DNA of 63,194 nucleotides, filler included, from Octopus bimaculoides (taxonomy: Eukaryota): assembly GCF_001194135.2 (NCBI RefSeq). It is 6 parts of 6 records of this genome, joined end to end, with 100 filler letters (N's around TTAATTAATTAA, not from the genome) between each part and the next. Parts side by side here need not be neighbours in the genome. Positions count along the whole stretch, not along the records: positions 1 to 15,279 come from NC_068987.1; positions 15,380 to 31,429 come from NC_068998.1; 4 more parts are not named here. One strand, 5' to 3'. Shown piece by piece: positions 12,615-26,213 of this stretch. The notes under the pieces were generated by a model that did no database searches, was not told where the DNA came from, and worked only from the letters and a program-made list of their open reading frames with translations. Positions within the stretch are counted from its first letter, which is position 1. Each line of letters starts with the position of its first letter. The position numbers and the translations under genes are program-made.

Positions 12615-13519
12615 CTGCAAAGAAAACATACTAAGGCAAAAGACAAGACTAAAACTAACAGATTTTAACTTGTTAGTCGTTTATTGATTAAGTGACAATT
12701 TTAAATATTTTTCTCAAATTTCTCTTCTCCAAAGAACAATTTTATCTTGTTTCTGTTGAAATCAATGTAAGAACTGACTTTAATATGACTTAGACACACA
12801 CTTCTGTTGCACTGTAAAAATAGTAATCCTGTTGACGATATGAAATTGAATTAGTTCCATTTCTTCACCAAAATANNNNNNNNNNNNNNNNNNNNNNNNN
12901 NNNNNNNNNNNNNNNNNNNNNNNNNNNNNNNNNNNNNNNNNNNNNNNNNNNNNNNNNNNNNNNNNNNNNNNNNNNNNNNNNNNNNNNNNNNNNNNNNNNN
13001 NNNNNNNNNNNNNNNNNNNNNNNNNNNNNNNNNNNNNNNNNNNNNNNNNNNNNNNNNNNNNNNNNNNNNNNNNNNNNNNNNNNNNNNNNNNNNNNNNNNN
13101 NNNNNNNNNNNNNNNNNNNNNNNNNNNNNNNNNNNNNNNNNNNNNNNNNNNNNNNNNNNNNNNNNNNNNNNNNNNNNNNNNNNNNNNNNNNNNNNNNNNN
13201 NNNNNNNNNNNNNNNNNNNNNNNNNNNNNNNNNNNNNNNNNNNNNNNNNNNNNNNNNNNNNNNNNNNNNNNNNNNNNNNNNNNNNNNNNNNNNNNNNNNN
13301 NNNNNNNNNNNNNNNNNNNNNNNNNNNNNNNNNNNNNNNNNNNNNNNNNNNNNNNNNNNNNNNNNNNNNNNNNNNNNNNNNNNNNNNNNNNNNNNNNNNN
13401 NNNNNNNNNNNNGGGGGGGGGGGGCAGTAGGGGGCAGTCCACTCCTGGTGGAACTTTTAAAAGGGTGGTCAAAGTGCATCACTGAGTGATGCATGAAAAT
13501 CTTTCATTCTTTTATTCTT

Positions 13520-13880
13520 TTATTTGTTTCAGTCAATTGATTGTAGCCTTGCTCAAATACTGCCTTTAGTCAAACAAATCGACCCCAGGACTTTGTAAGC
13601 CTGGTACTTATCCTATTGGTCTTTTTTGCTGAACTACTAAGTTACGGCATGCAAACACACAAACATCAGTTGTCAAGCGATGGTGGGGAGACAAACACAG
13701 ACACACGAACACACAAACATATATACATATATATGATGAGCTTCTTTCAGCTTCCATCTACCAAATCCACTCACAATGTTTTGGTTGGCCCAAGGTTATA
13801 GTTGAAGACACTTGCCCAAGGAGTGGGACTGAACCCAGAACCATGTGGTTGGGAAGCAAGCTTCTTACCACACAGCCACA
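13520..13880 (-). mobile_element. tRNA-derived SINE
   Basis: Homologous to 35137-35524. Confidence 0.85.
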
Positions 13881-14615
13881 TGAATCAAGAAATAAAGAGC
13901 TTGCTGAAATATGAGATTTGAAAGATTTCATATAAATTTAGGACAAGGTCTTTGGTTACAACAAGAATAATCTCTTAGAGAGTAAGTTGAGGAATGAAAA
14001 TTTTTTCATTAAATGTGGGTCTAAAGACATTTAGCTTTTGGCCACAATAAGAAAGATCACACTAAAGAGCTGAAGTCCAGAGCTTTTAAAAGCTTGCTTA
14101 AAAGTACCAGAATGTTCCGTGAGAAATTTAGATGCAATAATTAAACTTTTATTTTTGTCTGTTAATGACTATCAAAAAACCTATCATTAAATATGATTGG
14201 CTGAAAAAAAAATGTCAGCAGGTGTTATTACAGAATTCAGGGATAAAGCCAAAATTAATCCTGGGCAACAATGATCAAATGTACTAATATCAATTACTAA
14301 TGGCTATTATCACTGGGCAACATTACTGAATATAATATTATACACATGTGGTTTTGACTTTCAAGAATTACTGTTCCAGGTTCAAATTTGAGGGAAGGTC
14401 CCCACTACAAGTTTTATTAGAATGTAGGAGAAAACCCCTTGCTGTATTTGTTCTGACTCCCTATTTACTGAGTTAAAATCCCACTGAGATCAAATTTGTC
14501 TTTCATCCTTTTGGAGTTAACAGATTAAAGTAGGAATCTAAAGTAGTGGATTAGCAGGCATGGTTATGTCATTAAGAATCTTACTTTGCAACCACATGGT
14601 TTCAGGTTCAGTCCC

Positions 14616-14617
<2 letters not shown>

Positions 14618-14697
<80 letters not shown>

Positions 14698-14717
14698 TGT
14701 GTGTGTATGTGTGTGTG
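14618..14717. repeat. (GT)n microsatellite
   Basis: Direct reading. Confidence 0.95.
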
Positions 14718-15427
14718 TTCCATCTAACTCATGCAAGCATGGAAAATAGACATTAAATGATGATGATGATGATGATGATGATGATGGTGATGATAATAAT
14801 GTAGATAGATAGAGAGATAGATAGATAGAATAAAAGAAGCAACAGGCAAGTAATAAACAAACAAATAAAAGAAAACAAAAACTTGATTCTGAGTAAGAAA
14901 ACAGAAAAACAAAAACAAAAGAAAAGAAGGAAAAAAACAAGAGTTAGAAGTTTAGAACTGCTAGTTGTGACAAAAAAAAAAAAAAAAAAAAAAGATTATA
15001 AATAACTAGCAACAAGTAGCTTTGTTAGTCTGTACTTAAATAAAGATGTTGTCATACTTGAAATACCAGGTTTAAAAAAAAATAGAAATAAATAAGTAAA
15101 GGAAAGAAAAAGAAGAAGAAGAAGAAGAAGTAAAAGGAGAAGAAGAAGAAGAAGAAGAAGAAGAAGAGGTGTAAGTGAAAAAATATGGAAAAGCTAAAAG
15201 CCATCATTCCCACACCATTATCAATTCAGTGAAATTTTATTTTTTTTACCCATCCAGCCTTCCTTATTTATTATTTTTTNNNNNNNNNNNNNNNNNNNNN
15301 NNNNNNNNNNNNNNNNNNNNNNNTTAATTAATTAANNNNNNNNNNNNNNNNNNNNNNNNNNNNNNNNNNNNNNNNNNNNAGATAGGTAGGTAGGTAGGTA
15401 GGTAGGTAGGTAGGTAGGTCAGTAGGT

Positions 15428-15498
<71 letters not shown>

Positions 15499-15689
15499 TA
15501 GATTGATAGATAGATAGATGGGTAAGTAGGTAAGTAGGTAAGTAGGTAGGTAGGCAGACAGACAGACAGACAGATAGATAGATATGTGTGTGTGTCTGTA
15601 TGTATAAACATATACACACATATGTGCGGGTTTTGTGCATGATGCATGATTGCATGCATATATGCACATATGTTTTCTTTCTCTTTTTA

Positions 15690-16230
15690 ATTAAGCACAA
15701 CCATAAAAGAGATACAAAGACTGCATAAAAAGCAACCAGAAGGAACTGGAAATTAATGCAAAGAATTGGGAAGAACTGGCTTTGGAATGAGCTGGGTGGA
15801 GGAAGCATATATGGCAAGATTCTAAAACATTTGAAGAGGGTCATTTGCCTTGAGCATGGGAGCTGAAAGCGCTGGCCTCAAAGTGTTGGAGGTGTAAAAC
15901 ATGTGGTTGTGTAGTCATTTCCAAGGCAGTCTATGTCAACCATCTGAAGTTCCATGAAAGATCAACTGTATGTAATGTCCTTCCCCCTAAACTGAATGAT
16001 TTGAAGTGTGTAGTGTGTGAAAGGGCTTGCAAGTTGATTTCAAATCTGAAGAGACGTATGGCAGTTTACAGGGATCACATCTCACAAAGTGATCCAATCA
16101 ATCAATCCAAGTCATACGGATCTGTAGCAGTACTGAATAGTCATCTGAGAATTCATGGATGGAATGTCAGAAATGCCATTGACAATGAAGAAGTTAAAGA
16201 GACGGCAATCATCTGTGAAGATTGAGCAAT
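15690..16230 (+). mobile_element. RTE-clade LINE 3' fragment with three C2H2 zinc fingers
   Basis: KRYKDCIK...NWEELA...WRK RTE C-terminal motif, then an open frame CKTC...NHLKFH / CVVC...RRMAVY / SHLRIH ending TAIICED. Confidence 0.75.
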
Positions 16231-16564
16231 GAATATGCACGTATGGAAGCAAGTATGTATGCATGATTTTTCTTTGAGTTTATTTAAGTTCTTCTTCAGA
16301 GAGTTCAAGCCAGTCGCGAACAAAGCAAGAAGACTTTTTGAGTTAAGAGAGTCCCCAGTGTTTGTAAATATATGGTTGAGGTGTGTGTTGGTTGAACTGT
16401 CAATGCATACACCCAAATCAGTACATCTGTTCAAATAAGAATCTCAGATAGAGAATGTATGTATGTGTGTGTTTGTATGTATGTATGTATGTGTGTGTTT
16501 GTATGTATGTATGTATGTGTATGCATTGCAATGTAATGTATGTATGTATGTATGTATGTTAATT

Positions 16565-18212
16565 ATTCAGTTTTATTTCTAGATTTCGTACCAACGGAGA
16601 AAGAACTGGTTTCTAACCTAGGTCCAAGTTTCTTTCAATGGAATTTCAACAACATCAACAGGGTATTTGTGCATGTTTATGTGAATATATGCAGCATTTG
16701 GATTCAGTGCATATGCAGATTTGTATGTTTTCTTTTATATATGTATTCTCATACATAGAGTTGCATGTCTAGATATGTGCATGTGTACTTAAATGCTAAA
16801 CTTTTGAAAAGTTTTACAAATTTTGATTGTTCTATTGATAGCTTGTATCTGTAATCTTCTAATCAGCTTTCTCCTTTCTGGCTTTGAGAAACCTAATTTT
16901 TCAAGATTGGTATGGAGGCATTTTGTTCTCTAACCTAGTGCCCCAATAATTAAAGGTATAAATCTTAACTTGTAATCTTGGTAGGGTAGTTGTAAATTTC
17001 TTAATAGTTCAGTGTAGGTGCTTTCTTTTATGCTGATCTTTAGCTTTATATTGATGTCTGCTGAGTAACTGATTTCCACTGTTGTACATAGTTTCAACTT
17101 TCTGTCCCAAATTACAATGTCTGGTCTGTCATGATTGCATTTTATTGAGATTTTCACGGGGACATTCGACTTGTACTTTTCATACTATGAGTAGATATGG
17201 CCTCTACCACACTGTAGATTCATATCTCTTTGGCCTCAGGCTTATCCTTTTGACAGGTCTCATAGTACAATGTCATGGCTACAATATCTTGTCTTATTAG
17301 TAGATAATTGCTTATGATGTTGGTAATATCTTGAGTATTAACTCCACAAAGTTTTCATTGGTTATCAAATTTTGATGTTTTTCCTGTATCTCTGTCCTTT
17401 TTGCGCATTAGAAATTTGGTAGCTATTTCCTGTTCCTTGATTGCAAATGCTTACCCTTCAAAGTAAGAGTTAGTGACTGCTATCCTTCTGGAGCTTTCTG
17501 CTAACATATTCATGCATGGTCTTCTGTTGATATGCACTCATGCTTTCATCTGATAATATGTTGTCGTAGAGTCATGCAACTTCTTCAAAAATATGTTCAA
17601 GTTTATCAGACAAGGAACGTTCCTCAAGAAGCTATTTTCTAAGTCTCATGATGCTATCTGTCTCATATATGCAAGTTTAGTCAAGGGATGCTCTTCAACA
17701 CATCAAGATGTTGCTAAGAAGATATGATGTGGTATTCTAAAGCAGTCTGGATCGACATTAAGGCACTCCCTCTTTGTTTTCATTTTAGGTAGAGACGGTC
17801 TACACCACTGTTGATGTAAAAATTATTTGTGCTGCTCAGTACTATCCAGGTTTCCACATAAATGGCTCAGATCTCAAGTGTCAAATCAAGTAGACCAAAA
17901 GGTGGTATGAGTACTGGTACTGCAAACACAGTGTGAGCCACCGTTTTATAGAATGCAGAGAGTTCTGAGGCTCATATTTTTTTTTATCTGGCTGTTATAT
18001 TCTTTAGTAACGCTTACCTTGTTACAGATACCATGATAAGGTATGTTTTCATCTAGCCCTAGGTACCTGTAACATTCCTCATCAGATGTAAGAGAAACAG
18101 TTAAGTCATTGATGGAGATGCTGCTAGTCTGTTTTACAGTTTTCCCTCATTTCACAACCATATAGTAACATTTATCCTGACCAAACTCCAGCCCTGTATC
18201 CTTTGAGAATTA
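16565..18212 (-). mobile_element. 5'-truncated R4/Dong-like LINE (RT plus restriction-like endonuclease), degenerate
   Basis: GLDKC...YRYLGLDE...DRLYLK RT motifs; HDRPDIVIWD...VEIS PD-(D/E)xK motif; 3'UTR runs into (CATA)n. Confidence 0.85.
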
Positions 18213-18359
18213 ATGTATGTATGTATGTATGTATGTATGTCTGTATGCATGTATGTATCTATCTATCTTTCTAAGTGCGCGTGTTTGTATGTATGTATGC
18301 ATGTATGTATGTGCATGCGTGCATATGTAAGTATGTATGTATATATGTATATATGTGCA

Positions 18360-18592
18360 TGTGTTGTTATTCAGTTTTATCTCAAAGATTTCTTGTCAAC
18401 GGAAAAAATCAGGTGTCTAACTTAGCTCCAAGGTTCCTTCATTAGAATTCTAACAACACCAACAAAGTATTTGTGTATGTTTGCGCATATATGTGTCCAA
18501 TACTTGGAGTCATATGTAGACTTGTATGTTTTATGTATATATTCTCATGCATATAGTTGCATGTCTAGACATGCACATGTTTACTTAAATGT
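18360..18592 (-). mobile_element. Diverged second copy of the R4/Dong 3'UTR
   Basis: Colinear with 16562-16795 by eye, with many substitutions. Confidence 0.75.
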
Positions 18593-19590
18593 ATTCATGC
18601 ATGTATGCATAGAGAAAGAGAAAGTCAAACAGAAATTTTAAGTGAATGAGAAATAAATAAGAGTGGACAATGATATTATGAAGAAATATATTTTAATTTC
18701 AATCAAAGAATAACAATTGATTTAGTTGATGACATATAGTAAAACAATGTCACAGAATATGAAGTGAATGGAAGGCAGGTGAGCATTCACTAGTCACTAG
18801 TGAAGTTAGATAGTCAAACTTCAACTTGAAGAACATTCCAACATCTTGGAAAATAATAAGACAGTTAGTGAGTGTATCTGTAATTAGAGATTGACATTAT
18901 GTCAAGAATTATTGAATCTTTGTTGTGTTAAAGGTGAGAGACGGCAACAGACACAACACAATCAGTCTTTAATAGAGAGCTTTAAATACTATTCTTTAAT
19001 TAGCATTGATACAATGTAAATATTTGCAAAACAACCTTCAGCATTCTTTAACATTTCTATGGTTATGAATATGGCTGATTGCAGCATAAATCTATTAATG
19101 CTTGACTTACAAATAACAGTAAAGAAATAATGGCACGTATTAAATGTGAAGCAAATTAGATTGTGAATTTTTGTCAAACCATCAGGGAAGCCCATTAAGG
19201 TCATTTCACCAGCTAGAAATAGCATCCAAGTCATCCAAATTACATCCTACCATCTGAAAAAAGAAAGAAACATTGGTCAGTTTAATCCTATGGAATATAA
19301 AACAGTCTTAGCTGGAACTTTGCTTGATCAAAGCAAAAATCAACAACATGAATTTTATTATTTAGGTATAAAACTATTTATATTAGAAATATTTAAAATC
19401 TTACAGAGATAGTTACAACAGAAATTCAATATCAGGATATTTTACAAAATTAACATTTAAACTTTATCAGCTTTGATAAAAACCACAAGGGTCTTCAAAA
19501 AATTTGTAATATTATATACATATTGTATTTTTAATTCATTAAATTTAATTATTGTACATCTATTTATTTTCAAAATGTAAATTAACTTAC

Positions 19591-19622
19591 ATTAACATTA
19601 CAGTTCTTTGTTGTTCTTGAAA
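19591..19622 (-). CDS. 32-nt coding exon (FQEQQRTVML + 2 nt)
   Basis: About 55-nt polypyrimidine tract ending ctttcttttccag, donor AAT|GTAAGT. Phase 0 start matches the upstream MAE exon. Confidence 0.65.
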
Positions 19623-21399
19623 CTGGAAAAGAAAGGATGGAAGGAAGGAAAGAAAATGAAAGAATGAATGAAAAAGTCATGCTGATTATCTTCTTACAGA
19701 GCCAGCAATCTGACGGCTGCTCTCCAAATTCTCCATAGTAGAAATATCAATGGATACTGGTTTCCTATTTATATACAAAATTTAAGGAGTATATTCAATT
19801 GAATTACCCACGAATATAACACTGGAACTTATTTTATCAATCATAGATTAATGAAGGATAGCATCAACTTAATTATGATTTGAACTCAAACTCAAAGAAC
19901 TGAATGTGATCCCAGTCCACCATTTTTTGTTTTCTATATCCACTGCCAAAACTAATAATAATGATTAAATTATATAGACACTAAATTGAACTTTGAACTA
20001 AATTTCTGGAAACATAATTCTAACAATAATAGTGTGATCACTCTCTCATTAGAGATAATTATTTCATGTTTGCTCAAGAATTAGTAGAAGACTACAACAA
20101 CTGAAACCTCTGATCTCTGTAGTCTGAATTCAAAAGCCAACTAGAGTTAAATTGATCTTTTACACTACTATTATCAATGAAGGAAAATAATTAGTATGAA
20201 ATGCAATTAACTACACCACATCTTTAAATGTTAGCCTTCTGCCTTAGTGTAAAGAGGATGAAATATTCTAGAAAATCAGAAATAATTCAGAAATTATTTC
20301 TAAGTTCAGGTGATCTAGAAGTCCTATATTTATGATTAACTACAGTAAGGCAATTTACTTTTGAAGCATAATGAAAAAATAGGTTTTTCATTACCTGAAA
20401 AAGTTCAAAATACTAAAACTATAACTATTGTAACTCACACAGAATACTTTTAACACTTTCAACACCAAGCAAAGAAGATGTAATGACCGTTACAGTATAT
20501 TTTCAGGTGCAGGTGTGGTTCTGTAATCAAAAAGTTCCTTTCAAAAGCATGCAGTTTCTGGTTGGCATCGTGGACAAATGTCATCTTCCATAGCCTCAAC
20601 TGAAGTCTTGAGATAAGCAGAAACTGTTGCTGAGTTTCATCAAAGAGACCATTTTCCTGTTCTTAGATGGTAGGCTTAATCTGTCATCTGGTGTAACACC
20701 ACCACCTGGCTGTTGGCTGCCTTTTGTGGGTCTCCTCTGTTACAGGCATTGAGGTAAATTCTCTAGTTGGTATTTAATTTTATCAACCCTCAAAAGGATA
20801 AAAAGCTTTATGAAGTCAATAATATTTAGTCTCTCCTTCAAATTTTGATCAGTATGGAATTTGTGTGAATTATTTGTATACCAATCAAGTGTTCAACACA
20901 AATGTTTGTGAAATTTTCTTGGCATTGAAGTCAAGGATCTTCAGGAGGCCATTTTCCATGGACATGAGTGAAGATACAAATTCAAATGTTATTGTTTTGT
21001 TTTGCTTTCTTGAAAATGAACATTTCTCTGTCAGTTGGTTACTATAATGAACAGGAACATTCTGAGGGAATTTCAATGTTGGGAAATATGGATTTCAAGT
21101 TGTCTGAAAGTGTTTTCCTGTACAATGCAGAGAATGTCAAACAATTTTCATAAAAACCTTGTGTTTGAGATGTTCTCATTCATTTAGGTCAGTATAATGA
21201 AGGACTTTGTAATACACGTTAACGAGATGTTCATACTTTTTGTTTAACTCATCATCAGAACTAATTATTTTCAATTCACTGAAGAAAGAAAACAGATTTC
21301 TAATCTGTTTTCCTTCTAAACAATAAATATGCTTCAACATAATATATAGCTGCCATTTTGCAGAGTCTAGTAAGGTGAGTGTGTGTATGCATTTGTTTG

Positions 21400-21545
21400 T
21401 GGAGCTGTGTGGTTAGGAAGCTTGCTTCCCATCCACATGGTTTCAGGTTCAGTCCCACTGTGTGGCACCTTGAACAAGTGTCTTCTACTATAGCCTCGGG
21501 TTGACCAAAGCCTTGCAATTGAATTTGGTAGGCGGAAGCTACCGT
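21400..21545 (+). mobile_element. tRNA-derived SINE 5' part
   Basis: gctgtgtggttaggaagcttgcttcc...gttcagtcccactg head. Confidence 0.8.
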
Positions 21546-21749
21546 CATGTGTGTACATGTGTATAAGTGCTTGTGCCTCCTAATAGAAGCATGTGTGTTT
21601 GTTTGTGTCTGTGCCTCTATGTATAAGAGAGGTGAAACATATCCATGTCACAGTGAAGTAAATTTTTAGGTTCATAGATTTTGTCTTGTAGTAAGCTAAA
21701 AAATTCTTACATTCTCCTGATTTATTATGGGTCAGACCAATTCATGCTC

Positions 21750-24230
21750 CCTTGTCAGTTCAGAGTTTATAAGACCCAGAACAAAAAGAAACATTTCTAC
21801 CTTTTTCTAAGAAATACTGTGATCTATCATGTCTAGTATGACATACACTTCACTTTCATTCACATTTCTCACATCTCTATAATCTAAATCTGGGCCCCTA
21901 TGCCTAACTTTTAGTTCATATTCACTAAATTAGTCTCTTATTTCCTAGAAATACATATTCAGAAACTCAAGAAGATTCATGGTAATAACAATGTTCAGAA
22001 ATCTTGTTTACTGTTTCTAATGTGTTATTCCAAAAAAACGCCAGAGAGAGAATTTCCTGATTCTCTGTTTTCTTATTCAATCTTTCTACCTTTTGCTCTA
22101 AATCTTTTTATCCAGATACAGAACCCAATGTATGTTTGATTTTCTTCAAATTCTTTTGCAGATCTTTAGTAACATCAAAATGTGATGACTATTTTGTATC
22201 ACATATGTTCTTGGCTCCATCTTTCACTACAAATGATACTAGAATATTCTATTGAAATGTAGAAACAGAGAAAAATGACACATATGCTGAACAAAGTCAA
22301 AGAATTCTATAATCTATATTCTCTGTTGCATTTACTCCCACAGTATCCAGGTTCTGTGCTACAGAGGAGACATAAATGGCAATCTTATTCAGTTGATGGA
22401 TCATAGACTGAAATCCAGTATAGCATCCTAGCATATTTGAAGCATCATCATATGACTGACCAGAGCAGTTTGATAGTAGAATTCTGTTCGCATTATAGAA
22501 ATTCCCAACAGTTTCAAGGAGATATTTTACTCCATGAGAAAAGATGAAGTTTAACTTAATGAAACACTCCACAGCCTCACGTCCAACAATAAATGTCATA
22601 TGATCAGTGTGTAAGATGTCTGAGATAGAATTGACATTTATCAAATAATACTCTTTCATTTCATCAAGAATAACACAAAGAATATTTTGTCACATGAATT
22701 CAAGAAATTCCTCATGATTGTTTGCCAATAGGAATGAGCAGTTCCTTTTTCCAAGATTCCAATACAAAAAAAAAAGAAATTGAAATTTACTCAAAAGTCT
22801 AAAATAACTAAACAGCTTCTATTTTCTGCCAACCCAATACTTTTGATTATCTCTAGTGTTCTCCAAGAAATAGCAAACCATTGAATACAAGAAAGCAAAT
22901 TACGGAAGTCACAAGTGTCAACACTTTATGTCAGTATTCCTACTTCGATTGATAATGTTTGAGTGATAAAGAAACTTTACTTTCAGCTTCTTTATTCCAA
23001 ATCAATATGGCACTTCATATTTTACAATAGTAATATTATTGTGTTTCCACTCATAGTATCCTGATATAGCAAAAGTAGATTGTGTCTTAGGACAATAGGT
23101 AACATACGAAACTATACAAATGACCTTTGGATGGTGACTGGAGAAACCATTTCCATTGTATATATTCACCATTCTGCAGTTCACATTTGAACACATTCTT
23201 CAATAAATACCATATTGGACTTTTCTCTTCTCCATTTGTGTGACTTTGAAAGATTTCTATCATGATTCTGATGTGATGACATCACACTGCAACTCCAGTA
23301 ATCCACTGTATTAATATTCTTAAAATATGTTTTTTTATGGCCAGGCTCTAACCCAGGCCACAACAACAAAGTCCACCCACCACACTTCTCGGTCCATCAT
23401 CACTACCTCGAGGTCCTGGATCCATTCCAGTAAAAGCAATCAACTTGTTGATGTGAGTGTGATGACATTTTCTTCTTCTTACATCACCATGAAGTGGGCA
23501 CTTCAAAACTAATTTAGATACTTCCAGTTCAGAGTGGAGAGAAAACTTCCATCGACCAGATCCCCGGTTGGTGGATAGGGGAAAGGCCTTTAGCTATGAA
23601 GGTCAGCTGTGCATATAAAACTAAACAGTTCCAGACCAAACATACCTAGGGAAGTAAACCTCAATGATAAAAAATCCCAGCCTTGAATAGTGGGAGGTTG
23701 GTATGCGGTGGAAGCAAGCTTCAACATACTGATTCATTGGGTCCACACAATTTCTGTTTCACCAAAGGAGATCCTGTCTCTACTAATGAGGAAATGTAAT
23801 TTCCAGAAGGAGTATGTGACCCTGTCAGTATTAAGCAATTGAAAGGCCAAAATGACAAGTTCTTAATACTCCATAGCCCCAAATCTGTGTCTTGGAAGGT
23901 AAACTTCTTTCTTGTTGCAGATTTGGGTATTTCTTCTCATGGGAAAATTCCTAGCACTAGTGATGATACTAATGGTATGTCTGCCAAAACTGAATGGTTT
24001 GATGCAGGTATGGATGTAGATGATGAATGAACAATACTGCAGCTGATATTATACCTGGATTGAATAAGGATATTGCCTTTGGAAGTTTGCCCATATTTTC
24101 CTTCTCAGCAACTCTTTTCCTCATCTATGTTCCACCTAAAACAAAGGGTTATCCACTAGGACAGAAAGACAAAATAACTAATTCAAAACTCACAGCAACT
24201 TATGTTGTCCAACTTTTAAGCTCCTCATTC
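21750..24230 (-). mobile_element. Decayed hAT transposase (ZMYM1/TTF-finger type)
   Basis: GQSYDDASNMLG...IYVSSVAQNLDTVG (hAT GQ.YD.A.NMSG and CxAH region); ILDEMKEYY; TTF-like SGYYEWKH; many stops and frameshifts. Confidence 0.8.
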
Positions 24231-24436
24231 TAAAAATATGTATTTTTAATAAAAAAACATATATTTAGAGTTTGGCATAGTATAGTATTTGTTTATTGAC
24301 AGCAAACCACAGCATATATATTAGGTCGTCAAGTATGAAATTTGTAATAAGGTATATGGTAACCTTTGACAGCTGCTCATTTTGCACCATTATTATATTT
24401 TGACAATCTTTATTTTTTGTTAGAAAGCTGACACAA

Positions 24437-26213
24437 CTATTTCTTTATTCCAACTCATTTTGCACTTTATAAAGTATTTATAAATCTTTTTTGCTATTTT
24501 TGTTTAGAGATGGGTAAGTTGGAAATTTGTATAGTTTTGAAATATGAGTTCTTTATTGGAAATACAGCATCACAGACAGCTCGGAATACTAATGGAGTAT
24601 TTCATTCTAATGTTATTACACAGCAGACAGAATCAAATTGGTTTGCAAAATTTTGTTCTGGTAACTTTGACCTCGCAAATAAACAATGTGGTCGACCAGA
24701 AAGAAAAGTGGATAATGACGAACTGAAAGCCCCCATCGAGTCAGACCCATCGAGTCAGACCCATCTCAAAGTCCCTGCGAATTATTGTTGGTGTTTGGTG
24801 TTAGCAAGCAAACAATATTGATTCACCTAGTTCAAATCGGTAAAGTGAAAAAGTTGGATAAGTGGGTTCCACATGAACTCAATGAAAATCAGAAATAGCA
24901 ACGTTTGGAAGTCTGCATTATGCTACTTTCTCATCACAAAAAATGAATTATTTTTTAATCAAATTGTAACATGTGATGAGAAATGGATCAAATACAACAA
25001 CCATAAACGTTCAGCACAATGGTTGAACAAAGACGATGGTGTGTATCTGGTGGTCTGGTGCAGATGTGATTCATTATGATTTCATTAAACCTGGCTCATC
25101 AATCACAGCCAAAGGAGGAATTTCAACCATGTTTCGCGGTCTACTACCACAACAGCTCCTTTATAGGATCCAGTTAGCTCAAGACATCATCAGGAGGAAC
25201 CACGTCCGGTTTCGGCCCCTACTCCTCTACCGTTTTGACGTGGCGGGGCCACCCCCTTTCGGAGGTGTCTTCAGCTCTGGTGTTGGGTGCATGTCTTCTT
25301 TCACTGTTTGTGACTGTTCTAATTCAACTGTGGAATGTCCCTCGCTATGGTTATTTTCCAGGAGGTTCTGGCCACACGTCTTACGGTTCATCAACCCGCG
25401 TTGTTGAATTATTTTCTTCCGACATACCTTCCCTTGGTGGATTAGGATCNNNNNNNNNNNNNNNNNNNNNNNNNNNNNNNNNNNNNNNNNNNNNNNNNNN
25501 NNNNNNNNNNNNNNNNNNNNNNNNNNNNNNNNNNNNNNNNNNNNNNNNNNNNNNNNNNNNNNNNNNNNNNNNNNNNNNNNNNNNNNNNNNNNNNNNNNNN
25601 NNNNNNNNNNNNNNNNNNNNNNNNNNNNNNNNNNNNNNNNNNNNNNNNNNNNNNNNNNNNNNNNNNNNNNNNNNNNNNNNNNNNNNNNNNNNNNNNNNNN
25701 NNNNNNNNNNNNNNNNNNNNNNNNNNNNNNNNNNNNNNNNNNNNNNNNNNNNNNNNNNNNNNNNNNNNNNNNNNNNNNNNNNNNNNNNNNNNNNNNNNNN
25801 NNNNNNNNNNNNNNNNNNNNNNNNNNNNNNNNNNNNNNNNNNNNNNNNNNNNNNNNNNNNNNNNNNNNNNNNNNNNNNNNNNNNNNNNNNNNNNNNNNNN
25901 NNNNNNNNNNNNNNNNNNNNNNNNNNNNNNNNNNNNNNNNNNNNNNNNNNNNATTTTATTACAAGACAATGCCAGACCACACGTCGCAAAAATGACATCG
26001 GCAAAACTACAGGAGTTGGAGTTGGAAGTTCTCCATCATCCACCATACTCACCTGATCTTGTCCCCACTGACTACCATTTCTTCCAGAATTTGGATAACT
26101 TCCAAGATTTTATTGACTGTCAGGCTTTTACAGTTCCAGGCTGGACAAACTACTGCTGAAATAGCAAAAGTGTATTGACAATATGTGTGCATACTTTGTT
26201 GAATAAAACTATT
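24437..26213 (+). mobile_element. Decayed mariner (DD34D) element with an internal insertion and gap
   Basis: HTH N-terminus, IVTCDEKW, LQDNARPH, HPPYSPDL motifs; degenerate TIRs. Confidence 0.9.

Noticed and set aside
12780-12812. Minus acceptor at 12812 with a GTCAGT donor (33 nt)
   Set aside because: Weak donor, and it introduces a stop in the phase required by the upstream exon.
15324-15335. TTAATTAATTAA islands flanked by Ns (also 31474, 36372, 40453, 60961)
   Set aside because: Identical 12-mer with stops in all six frames, always inside N runs: an artificial scaffolding spacer, not a biological repeat or CRISPR array.
18756-18778. Possible 23-nt plus microexon with GTGAGC donor
   Set aside because: No polypyrimidine tract at the acceptor.
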